Part shown: positions 9,801-17,356 of the stretch, one piece after another | Layout: each line of letters begins with the position of its first letter | Position numbering within the stretch: the first letter of the stretch is position 1 | DNA from: a virus | Virus record (IMG/VR): IMGVR_UViG_3300039412_000320 | Strand: one strand, 5' to 3' | Length of the DNA stretch: 64,000 nucleotides | Translations under genes and position numbers: made by a program | The notes under the pieces: model-generated | The model's database searches: none | The model's input: the letters and a program-made list of their open reading frames with translations, nothing else | What the model was told of the DNA's origin: nothing

Positions 9801-12800
9801 GCGGTCATAGTGCGATGGGGCCAGAAGAGTATGCTTTGGAGATGCTGGAAAGGGAAGGTATATCCAAGAAATTCCCGGAGGACTACTTTAAGAGGGCACC
9901 AGACTACTTTGATACCCCGGAAGGCGGCTGGAGGATAAGTGACCAAGCTGAGGGGCGTTTGATGAATCTCGTGCAAGGGGTGTACCTTGCCAAGAGTGAT
10001 GAAGACAAGTTACAAGCGCTTGATAAGGTCTTGCAGTTTTCCCACCCCCGCAGCGACCTGTCAAGCTGGCTGGTGCAAGGCGGAAGGACCACCTTGAATC
10101 GGCTCTTCACCGGCATGAATGAATATGAGCGGTGGGAGCAATACGGCGGCGTGGAGGAGGCAAAAGAGTTAAACAAGGAGTTCAATAAGGGTAGGAATGC
10201 CCCCCTTATTCCCAAGGAGGCGTGGAGCACGGAGCCGGGCGGAGAGCCGCTCAAGCCCGAGACTCAATCCACTATCGCTGAGATGGTAGCGGATATACGC
10301 AAGATATACCCTGAGTGCCAGCGCATCTCCTTGGCAGGCTCCGCCGCTCGTGACGAACTCAAACCCAAGTCTGACATTGATGTGGTCATTGATTTCCCCA
10401 AGGGCACTCCCGCATGGGATATGGTGGAAAGAGACCAACCACTTTGGGACAAGTACCAACAGGTGGAAGGTCGGATGGTGGACTTCATCATCCATGTAAA
10501 AGGTGGACCGCACGCCGGGCAGTATGATTACCGGGAGGAGTTGGGTCTCCCCAATCCCATGAAAACTTTGTGGGAGGCTACAACCAAGACCGCTTCCTTC
10601 TCCGTTGAAGGTGAGGGATGGCTGACCCCCGATGGTCGTTTCCTCCCCAACGCTTTCGGTGAAAAGCACGAAGACAGCGCCCTGCGCCTCGGGTTTTTAA
10701 CCAAGGAAGAAGCCAAGAAGATAAAGAACGACACCCAGCGGAAAGAGCAGGTCATTGCCAAGGGGAACATTCGGGTTGGATTCTCTAACACCGGCAACAC
10801 CATCTTCTTTGAGTCAAAGACTCTTGATGCCGATACCAAGAACCTGATAGGTATGGGCTTGGAGAATCTGCCGAGAGGCGTTCGTAAGGTCTCAGTTTCA
10901 ACCCAAGATGAGATGTATTACCTGTGGACTTTGCAAGAAGCTCAAGAGGTTTTTTGGGGTAATGAGCCGATGCCCCAAAACATGGCCTACCTGAGCGTGG
11001 CTTCCAAGACCGCCGCTCTCCCCGGCCTCGGACTCCTCCAGCCTGGACACGGGGATGATTCCAGTGCGTTTGACCCCGGCTATTACATGACCGAGGGGTG
11101 CGGTATATTTGCTGTGGATGCTGATTACCGGTACTGGGGGAAGGACGTGATTCAACCCCTGATGACCGCTAAGACTGCCAAGACCGCCTCGGAATGGGGA
11201 GGTTTCTGTCCCCGTTGTGGTTCGGACCAGACAGCGTGGGCGATGCACTCTGCGACCACTGACACCTATTTCTGCATGGATTGCAAGGGCAGCACCGACA
11301 TTGAACGGGACATGCACCCCGACTTACGGTCGGCTATGAAGATAGCTGGATTGGTAGGATACCCGTGGGCGATATGGGAGGGCAAGGTTCTCCTTAGCCC
11401 GAGGGGAATGGCACACACCGACTGGTTCTCTCGTATGGGAATCCCCGACCGAGGACCGGAGTTTGACCGCATCCCAAGGGGCAACTTTTACATTGACAAA
11501 GCTAAGAGGCAAATCTACGTCTGGACGGATGCCGAGACTTATGACTACTCTAAGAACCCCTCAGAAGAGAGCCTAGACGATACGGTGGTTTTTGGTCCAT
11601 GGGGAGGAAGGAGATTCGACCTTGAATTTACTCCTCCCGAGGTGATAGAAGCCATCAAGCGAAAGTACCCCTACACCGAAGCTTATGAGGTGGTTGACTG
11701 GATGCCGCCCGGCTCCGTTCACAAGTGGAGTTCCGGCGAGTGGTGGAGGCGTTGGCGCAAGACCTATCTTATCTCCAAGGGTACCATCCTCTACCACGGC
11801 ACAACGGAAGATTTCCCGGCAATGGACATCCAAACCCCGGCATGGTTTAGCACCTCTGAATCTGTTGCCGAGTACTTTAAGGCGTGGCATGGCGGCGAGG
11901 AGGGCGAGCAACGCATTCTCAAATTCCAAGTCACCAAGCCTATCCGTCTCCCAAGGATAGATGGTTCGGAAGACCTTGAAAGACTCGCTGATATGTTCAA
12001 CTTCCCCAGCCCGCTAAGTGGGCATGATTATGTGGAAGACCTTGCCCAAGTCCTCCCCGGCTGGATTATCCCCCACAACTACCCGGACGGCGATGATATC
12101 CTGCTCGTCAGTGACCGGGACATCATACCCATCAATGAGCCGGAAGAGGAAGAAGAGGAAATCTCGCAGGAGGGTTTGCCCCCCGGAGCTTGGAGGAACA
12201 ACTCTGGTCTCCCCGGCTATTGGACTCGTGAGGGTACCACCACCATTTACCACATGACACCCGAGGAGATAGCGGAGCGGGAACAGAGGTTGCAGAAGCG
12301 GTCAGCGGCGGAGCCGGTCAAGGCTGAGGAGGCGACGTGGAGCCGTCCGCTCTACCACGGCACCTCGGCTTACCGGGCGAAGAAAATAAAGGCCCAGAAG
12401 AGCTTCTACGGTGAGACCGAGGGCTACAACGAGATGGGGGTGGGGGTCTATACCCACCCGTCCATGAACCGCACCAGCCCATGGGCAGCGGGCCGGGCGC
12501 AGGGAGCTTTCATGGAGCTTCATTTCACCCGTCCTCTAAAGTTGGCAGTGAAGAATCCGCAAGGCGAGTGGGTATCCTCCATGGGAGGAGAAAGTCATCG
12601 GTTTATTAGCAAGGCACCGACGCAGAGAGAACTCGTTGACGCCGGATACGATGGTATCTACGATAAGCACGGCACTACGCAGGTTCCCCACCAAGTGCTT
12701 CTGTTCAATCAGCCGGTGCTGGGGTCGGGCGGGGCACACAAACTCAATCAACTGATTGACTGGGACAAGGTCCGCATTATCAACTTCAACGAGTCCCAGC

Positions 12801-12934
12801 ATGGTTACCTCAAGGGGTTGGAGAACACCGAAGAAGCACCCCATTACCGGGGAGCTTCTCAAATGACCGCCGCCGATGACCGGCCCATGCCCAAGGAGTT
12901 TGTCACCACCAAGAACCTCAAGACTAACATTTAG
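6857..12934 (+). CDS. Giant polyvalent protein (2025 aa): transglutaminase-like Cys protease, 3 KptA/Tpt1-like domains, 3 copies of the GPxFDRIPRG module, MNT nucleotidyltransferase, zinc ribbon
   Basis: Uninterrupted 6 kb ORF with GTG start after SD agagggggg. GACKFISLF..GHQYNITPDGKPLD (C-H-D TGase-like). GSAARDELKPKSDIDVVIDFP (GS..DxD MNT). CPRCGSD..FCMDCKG. IAYHVS, ILYHGTT and PLYHGTS domains. Confidence 0.7.
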   Translation: MTPTRIRPTPKRLQTMPDNLTIYPVTPEWVSKAKVFLAEKWKERAQELGKSNPTDMSGACKFISLFGKTIFGLDIQGNWGHQYNITPDGKPLDLAEGFSGEVSYLHDSEFFNNPKHRESMASCMPRVRRWAEEFIQRYPLLDKTASTQTRWSHPLLNGLKAETRKAPTFEDFKHDFSIDIKHGLYFHVTDNPNFTIDPAKGPRDMSSMGGGTPVPGKLMVTSHLENWTDYYESDRAYVAVIDMSEVPRESYHQVSRGFGNEFWVENPQAVKVAAVMPVKEAIKLDRTYQNVLDLHSDEDLLEFYNQFHAPAEPEWKPPKEQGKLPFRGKGIPVVAYEPCDFELLWATWHNKVLLTDDMGLWHVKWFQELNQHSQRHDPIPSWGPEFDKVPRGRAEVNKKKKRVRLYTDAAPKGSRAGESITGEVDFDFTPEEVVAKIKQKYPSLRDFEFVDEVAPRIMGKWAADEFEYPQIAYHVSRRRSRNSILKNGLQMYHKQQYEDVEHEPAVYLFGSLTDAENWVGEQQPYTGQACDIWEVKVPQGEGTFWPDFEVRHEYPTAWKYLWDIPPQNIKLIKTISLPKQAALPTGKAIDDLGISGQQGWSYDEPFPDRHNDFYEDDQVQNPHNEHPLTASLSPAYTEEVKKLEYEHELISLAEEMGNFERVVWERQPVLKTHMLDTVGLAGSANDYPHLRAVHVGDPDYWFSRLTEDYSRDSKAWVVEIYPTEDDYLCDDVQYAMDPSGGDKAYSAILITPRTQLVEGKDFRYVKELTEEDLPEVYDEDDGFGFKDAAIKKTVIMWVRHEGKLYTTVQVGGKSHAQWLEELSLPFSGPSYDRIERGVAIVDRGHRVVHLVKNAGGYTPNDVVEYIKNRYNLKEFIFVDTESSDTGIVAFKKVASDDAYYDAAEAFFDRESVVAVEVITEYMQHVRQKRYRQQWNVVPAARLIKIWEDYMKTGFVRDSAGLNQIAETVIDNCFKIYVNSILCGHSAMGPEEYALEMLEREGISKKFPEDYFKRAPDYFDTPEGGWRISDQAEGRLMNLVQGVYLAKSDEDKLQALDKVLQFSHPRSDLSSWLVQGGRTTLNRLFTGMNEYERWEQYGGVEEAKELNKEFNKGRNAPLIPKEAWSTEPGGEPLKPETQSTIAEMVADIRKIYPECQRISLAGSAARDELKPKSDIDVVIDFPKGTPAWDMVERDQPLWDKYQQVEGRMVDFIIHVKGGPHAGQYDYREELGLPNPMKTLWEATTKTASFSVEGEGWLTPDGRFLPNAFGEKHEDSALRLGFLTKEEAKKIKNDTQRKEQVIAKGNIRVGFSNTGNTIFFESKTLDADTKNLIGMGLENLPRGVRKVSVSTQDEMYYLWTLQEAQEVFWGNEPMPQNMAYLSVASKTAALPGLGLLQPGHGDDSSAFDPGYYMTEGCGIFAVDADYRYWGKDVIQPLMTAKTAKTASEWGGFCPRCGSDQTAWAMHSATTDTYFCMDCKGSTDIERDMHPDLRSAMKIAGLVGYPWAIWEGKVLLSPRGMAHTDWFSRMGIPDRGPEFDRIPRGNFYIDKAKRQIYVWTDAETYDYSKNPSEESLDDTVVFGPWGGRRFDLEFTPPEVIEAIKRKYPYTEAYEVVDWMPPGSVHKWSSGEWWRRWRKTYLISKGTILYHGTTEDFPAMDIQTPAWFSTSESVAEYFKAWHGGEEGEQRILKFQVTKPIRLPRIDGSEDLERLADMFNFPSPLSGHDYVEDLAQVLPGWIIPHNYPDGDDILLVSDRDIIPINEPEEEEEEISQEGLPPGAWRNNSGLPGYWTREGTTTIYHMTPEEIAEREQRLQKRSAAEPVKAEEATWSRPLYHGTSAYRAKKIKAQKSFYGETEGYNEMGVGVYTHPSMNRTSPWAAGRAQGAFMELHFTRPLKLAVKNPQGEWVSSMGGESHRFISKAPTQRELVDAGYDGIYDKHGTTQVPHQVLLFNQPVLGSGGAHKLNQLIDWDKVRIINFNESQHGYLKGLENTEEAPHYRGASQMTAADDRPMPKEFVTTKNLKTNI

Positions 12935-13310
12935 TTTTTAGTGCGTTTACCATCCTGTCAAAATCAACATCAGGAAAAGCACCTCGTGCCCTATTATAAA
13001 TCCAACAAGTAAGGCGAGTATTTTCTGGTGAATAATCTCCTGTTTGATTTCTGCGGTCTAAGGAGGGACTAAATGAGTTTGTTCTACTTCCTTTACCATT
13101 ACCAACATTTAACTCAAGGGGTAGGTTAGTTACTTCACATACTCCCCGTTCTAATTTTTTTCTAATCCAGTCCTGAGTTATAAGACACTGCACTTTATCC
13201 TTTATTGCTCTTTTCCGAGCATTGTTGAGCATGAAAGCCGCCCGGCCCTTAGTTGTGGTGTAGTATTTTGAAAACTTACGCCAATTTTGTTCTCGTTCCT
13301 TAGTTGTCAT
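12924..13310 (-). CDS. HNH-family (SxDRxxxxGxY type) homing endonuclease-like
   Basis: SPSLDRRNQTGDYSPENTRLTCWIYNRA parallels the 1-483 and 63122-63874 motif. Confidence 0.5.
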   Translation of the reverse strand: MTTKEREQNWRKFSKYYTTTKGRAAFMLNNARKRAIKDKVQCLITQDWIRKKLERGVCEVTNLPLELNVGNGKGSRTNSFSPSLDRRNQTGDYSPENTRLTCWIYNRARGAFPDVDFDRMVNALKTKC

Positions 13311-13387
13311 AAGACCTCCACTAAGGAATGGATAGTTAGCAGACTATACTAAACTTTGAAATAAACGTGGGAGGGGGGTAGTTTTTA

Positions 13388-13585
13388 TTACTCCCGGAAC
13401 TTGGCAGCGAACGTATATGCCCACGCCGGGGTGGTGTAATCGAATTGTGTGAGGGCGAAGCGCCCGGCTTCCTTGAGAGCTTTTATCGCCTCCGGGCTAT
13501 CCCGGTGCTTGATGATAAGCCGGTCAATTTCCTTCACAAACTCTTCGACGGTCGCCTCCGTGGCGATGTCACCAATCATACTCAT
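13388..13585 (-). CDS. small hypothetical protein (start at MSMIGD)
   Basis: ATGA-coupled to an upstream 56-aa Cys-containing ORF (13582-13751, minus). Confidence 0.3.
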   Translation of the reverse strand: MSMIGDIATEATVEEFVKEIDRLIIKHRDSPEAIKALKEAGRFALTQFDYTTPAWAYTFAAKFRE

Positions 13586-13798
13586 TTGAAGAATACCTCT
13601 GCTACCGTTTCCTTGGACACGGGGAAAGTTCCCTGTATCTGCCCGCATTCCAAACAGACAGTGAACTCTACGTAATCACCCCCGCCGACGTTCAGGTTAT
13701 AGGGCACGTATCCGTCCGTTTCCACGTCCGCTTCTCCATCCTGATAATCATGACGATGGTGGCTGCCTAATGGCTTTCGTGGACCCGGCTGTTCATGT

Positions 13799-13990
13799 TC
13801 AGTCTCCTAATCGCCCCTCGGGTTCGATATCCGACGCCTCGTCTGGTTGTGGGTTGCGGAGGGCTTCCTTGATTTTTCTTCTTGCTGACTCAAAGTCCCT
13901 ATCTGAGTAACCATTGTGGGCGGCGGCGATGTTGCGCTCTTCCAAGATGGCAAAGGCTTCATCCTTAGTCAATTCCAGAATAATCTTCAT
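13799..13990 (-). CDS. small hypothetical protein
   Basis: 63-aa ORF MKIILELTKDEAF.. . Stop overlaps the start of the neighbouring gene. Confidence 0.35.
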   Translation of the reverse strand: MKIILELTKDEAFAILEERNIAAAHNGYSDRDFESARRKIKEALRNPQPDEASDIEPEGRLGD

Positions 13991-14424
13991 ACTTCCTCCA
14001 TCCGAAACGGTATAGCCGAGTCAGTTTGTCGTAGAAGTTCAAGATTGTGAATTTGGCTTTCCAAAAGTTCAATCGGGCGAAAAAAGGCTTTAACCCGACT
14101 TAGAAGTTGCTCCCAAGCGAAGGCGATACGCTGCCGAAAAGTGCGGTGTTGCCGCTCAGCATACTGCCGCAATGCCACTTGGTGAGCGTGGAAGGCGTTT
14201 ACAGAGGCGTGCGGGTCTTTCTTGAGGGCATCGTATGCCTTGTTGGTGCAACGGTCGTCAAAGACCCACAGCGTGAGATTTCCGAAATCCTCAAAAAATG
14301 CCCACAAGATGAGGAGAGCGCCAATCATCGTCACGTAAGTCCCATCGGCAAACAAGAGTGCTCCCCCGACCGCTCCGAGGAGCTTTCGGAAAGAGCCGTT
14401 CCGGTCTGTCATTTTGTTCAACAT
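13987..14424 (-). CDS. membrane protein (N-terminal TM segment)
   Basis: LLGAVGGALLFADGTYVTMIGALLILWAFF hydrophobic stretch. Confidence 0.45.
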   Translation of the reverse strand: MLNKMTDRNGSFRKLLGAVGGALLFADGTYVTMIGALLILWAFFEDFGNLTLWVFDDRCTNKAYDALKKDPHASVNAFHAHQVALRQYAERQHRTFRQRIAFAWEQLLSRVKAFFRPIELLESQIHNLELLRQTDSAIPFRMEEV

Positions 14425-14591
14425 GAGTCATCCTCCTCCGCATAGCGGCGTTCGACGGCAGCGGCTTTAATGCCGCAGTAATAGCCAAAGCATACCGATG
14501 CGAGGACTATAAGTCCCAAACCCAACGGGGCCGCTTTGACTAACCATAACATTCCAAACAGGATACGGGATAGCATCGACTTTACCCCCAT
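14418..14591 (-). CDS. small single-TM protein (holin-like candidate), not in ORF track (57 aa)
   Basis: Manual translation MGVKSMLSRILFGMLWLVKAAPLGLGLIVLASVCFGYYCGIKAAAVERRYAEEDDSC. Stop overlaps start of 13987-14424 (ATGTTGA). Confidence 0.3.
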   Translation of the reverse strand: MGVKSMLSRILFGMLWLVKAAPLGLGLIVLASVCFGYYCGIKAAAVERRYAEEDDSC

Positions 14592-14693
14592 ACCTATAAT
14601 ACTGAAAACCTAGAAAGTTCCCCAAAACCTCTTGCCGGGTAGCCACTGCTCCCATGCGCTGTCGAATAAGCAGTTATCCGGGGGCATCGGTTT

Positions 14694-14991
14694 TTACAAC
14701 GTATCATCGCACCAAGAACCGTATTTCGATATCCAATTTGAGGTGGGATGACGTTTGAATTGATACAGATTAAGCCTTGAGGCTTGAAGGCGGAGCAAGG
14801 TTAACTTTACGGCATCCGCTTTTAGAGATTGACCAGAAGTCATGCAGAGAGCATTCTCAAACCGCTCTAACTTACCACAGAGGGCTTGAAACTCTGCTTC
14901 AAAGTTAGACCCGATATAGCGGGTATCGAATCTTACCGCATCCCTGAGTTCCTGTACGAATCTGAAAAGGTCTCTGCGGCTCTTTGCCATG
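14694..14991 (-). CDS. hypothetical protein (start at MAKSRRDLF)
   Basis: ORF with internal Met start, no motif. Confidence 0.35.
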
Positions 14992-15040
14992 TTCCCTCCA
15001 CTCTCAGTATACCACAAGGTGGAGGGAAACACGGATTATT

Positions 15041-15406
15041 TTATGCCTCAGCATCCACGGCGTGCAGGGATGCCTCGCCATCCTCGGTGGGAGGCGCTGG
15101 CATGGGAGTTGATGCTACCGGGTCGATGGACGGGGGCGCAACCGGAATAGGAGTGGCTGACTTCTTGCCTTTCCTCGGCTTCGCTTCCTCGGGGTCGATG
15201 CGCCACACCCGGACGCCGCCCCCCACCTTGAGACGCTTGAAACGCTTCCCTGTTTTCGTTTGCAGAGCGGCAATGGTCTTGCTCAGACTGGAAGACCGGG
15301 GTACGGCGATGACGGCGCTCTGCCCGACTCTCAGCTTTCCCAACACTGCGTACTTGGATTCTTTCTGAGGAACGGGAACTCCGTCCTCAATCAATTCTCC
15401 GCTCAT
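15041..15406 (-). CDS. hypothetical protein (start at MSGELIEDG), Pro/Ala-rich C-terminus
   Basis: ORF, no motif. Confidence 0.35.
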   Translation of the reverse strand: MSGELIEDGVPVPQKESKYAVLGKLRVGQSAVIAVPRSSSLSKTIAALQTKTGKRFKRLKVGGGVRVWRIDPEEAKPRKGKKSATPIPVAPPSIDPVASTPMPAPPTEDGEASLHAVDAEA

Positions 15407-15638
15407 ATTGCCTCCAATGGGCTGTAGCCCATGTATCCACAAATACCCAAAATATTGCGACTTTCGTGAATAAATCTTCAAACCGTTGATTTTATTGAGT
15501 TAACTTGACGCTGGCGGCGACGTTACCGGGGGCGGAGGAGCGGTTGGGTCCGGTGGTGTGGTTTGGCCGTTTCCACCACATTAACAAATAAACAGCTTGT
15601 GCATAACCTGTGGAGGATTTTTAAAAACGATTAAACAG

Positions 15639-16331
15639 TTACTGGTTGAGGATTGAGGATTGAGGGCTAGGATGTCTGCCGCAGGTGCAAGGCTTACCAT
15701 GATTGATGTTCCATCGTTGGCAAGAAGCTTTGATAAGAACCCCATTCTTAGCATTCTTTTGACCATTCAATTTGCCGCCAACCTTGCCGCCACGAACATG
15801 AGCCTCATGATTCATCTTGGTTATTGCAGTTTTTCCTCCCCGACTACAACTTTCTTTTGTAACAATAGAAGCAAGGTGACCAGTCTCTACATTTTTTCTG
15901 CCTTGTATTCTACCAGTTATTTTTCCACCAATCTTTCCTCCTTTACTACAGCTTTCCTTGGTTGCAAGGAGATAGATACGACCGTTTTCTACACTTTTTC
16001 TACCGGCTTTTGCCATCTTTTTACGAATCTCCGAGGATGGATTACATAACCTATCTCCTCCGTCAGTCCCATTTCTTAGACACCCAGTTCCTTGGTCTAT
16101 TCGCCCATACATAGCTATTAAGAATTTCTCTCCATCCAATGCGTGGACTTCGTTTGGCCACTCCTGAGTTAAGATACAATCAGGATTAGTTGGAGGAGAA
16201 AAATATCTATTGCCTACTTTATGTTTTACAAATGCTCGTCTTCCGTGTCCTTTACCAACATAGTAGGGGCATCCCACCTGTCCACAAACTGGACATGGGT
16301 AGTCACGTAACCACATGTAAGTATAGAACAT
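15639..16331 (-). CDS. GIY-YIG-like homing endonuclease with GGK-repeat region; paralogue of 19855-20538
   Basis: FYTYMWL..PYYVGKGHGRRAF (GIY-YIG variant). Repeated GGK(I/V)GGK..G motifs. C-terminal RWNINHGKPCTCGRHP matches RWNVHRGKPCTCGKH of 19855-20538. Confidence 0.5.
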   Translation of the reverse strand: MFYTYMWLRDYPCPVCGQVGCPYYVGKGHGRRAFVKHKVGNRYFSPPTNPDCILTQEWPNEVHALDGEKFLIAMYGRIDQGTGCLRNGTDGGDRLCNPSSEIRKKMAKAGRKSVENGRIYLLATKESCSKGGKIGGKITGRIQGRKNVETGHLASIVTKESCSRGGKTAITKMNHEAHVRGGKVGGKLNGQKNAKNGVLIKASCQRWNINHGKPCTCGRHPSPQSSILNQ

Positions 16332-16349
16332 AGCAGATTTGTTGCCTTG

Positions 16350-16691
16350 TTATGTTTGCGGTGGGGAAGGAACTACAGGGGAGTCTGAGTCGGCATCTAC
16401 GCCATGTCCATCCCCATTTTGACCATCACCTTTCTTTTTTGTAAAAAACCGCCCTAGAGCATTAAATCCATGACCCCCGCAAAATACTCCCATTATCGTA
16501 GGGTAGCTGGGGTCCGTAGTACCGTGTCGTAAGAATGCAATCGCATAAATGACGCTGTGTTCCAACATCAGGAAACAAGTTACGACTGAGGTTCCGAGAA
16601 AGATTAAACGTGAATTTACGTCAGGTTCTTTCAAGGCTCTTTCAAAGAGATTTGTACTGTAAACTCCTAACTTTCTTATCCAGTTGAACAT
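16350..16691 (-). CDS. small membrane protein
   Basis: Hydrophobic segments, start at MFNWIRKL. Confidence 0.35.
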   Translation of the reverse strand: MFNWIRKLGVYSTNLFERALKEPDVNSRLIFLGTSVVTCFLMLEHSVIYAIAFLRHGTTDPSYPTIMGVFCGGHGFNALGRFFTKKKGDGQNGDGHGVDADSDSPVVPSPPQT

Positions 16692-17296
16692 TTTAGGCTC
16701 CTGAGAGCAGCAGTCATTGCCACCCACTCCTCATAGGTAAACCAACGTCCTTTAGCATAGTTGCACCGCTTGCAGCATACTACTAAGTTCTCTAATGTAT
16801 AGGGTAGTTCATTGTTTTTCCTATCTAGGTTGTATCTGTGCCCACTCCTACTGACATCATATTTCTTCCATGAGACGGGAGCCCCGCAGTAGTGGCAAGA
16901 AGTTACAGATATAAAGGAAAGAAGCTGCTCGTAAGTTAAGTCTAATGGTATGTTTCTATGTTTTGCTGTTTTTGTGAGCAAGATAAAGAGGGCCTCATAC
17001 GGTCTTTTTGAAGCTTTACCATTAGTCCAACGGAAAGAACAGCACTTTGTTCCTCCTCCGGTCATAAGTTGATTGTCAGAAACCGTTTTTGTAGTTTTCT
17101 TTTCACATTGGCATTCACAAAGCCAACGACGGTGAAAACGAGTGTAAGTTGCACATTTATAATGAACAGGAGTGGCGGGAGCAAGGACTCTCCAGTTTCC
17201 GAACAACTGCCCTACCCTGTTCATAGGCAAATGATGACCAAGAGCGAAGCGGTTTTTGACAACCGTCCCGCATCCACATTCACACAAGTTTCCCAT
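16676..17296 (-). CDS. HNH endonuclease
   Basis: Cys-rich N-terminus, HRYNLDRKNNELPYTLENLVVCCKRCNYAKG HNH core. Confidence 0.55.
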   Translation of the reverse strand: MGNLCECGCGTVVKNRFALGHHLPMNRVGQLFGNWRVLAPATPVHYKCATYTRFHRRWLCECQCEKKTTKTVSDNQLMTGGGTKCCSFRWTNGKASKRPYEALFILLTKTAKHRNIPLDLTYEQLLSFISVTSCHYCGAPVSWKKYDVSRSGHRYNLDRKNNELPYTLENLVVCCKRCNYAKGRWFTYEEWVAMTAALRSLKCSTG

Positions 17297-17356
17297 ATAT
17301 AAAGAATACGGTAGTAGTTTTGGCTTGTTCAGGCACCTCTATAAAGGGGTGCATAT

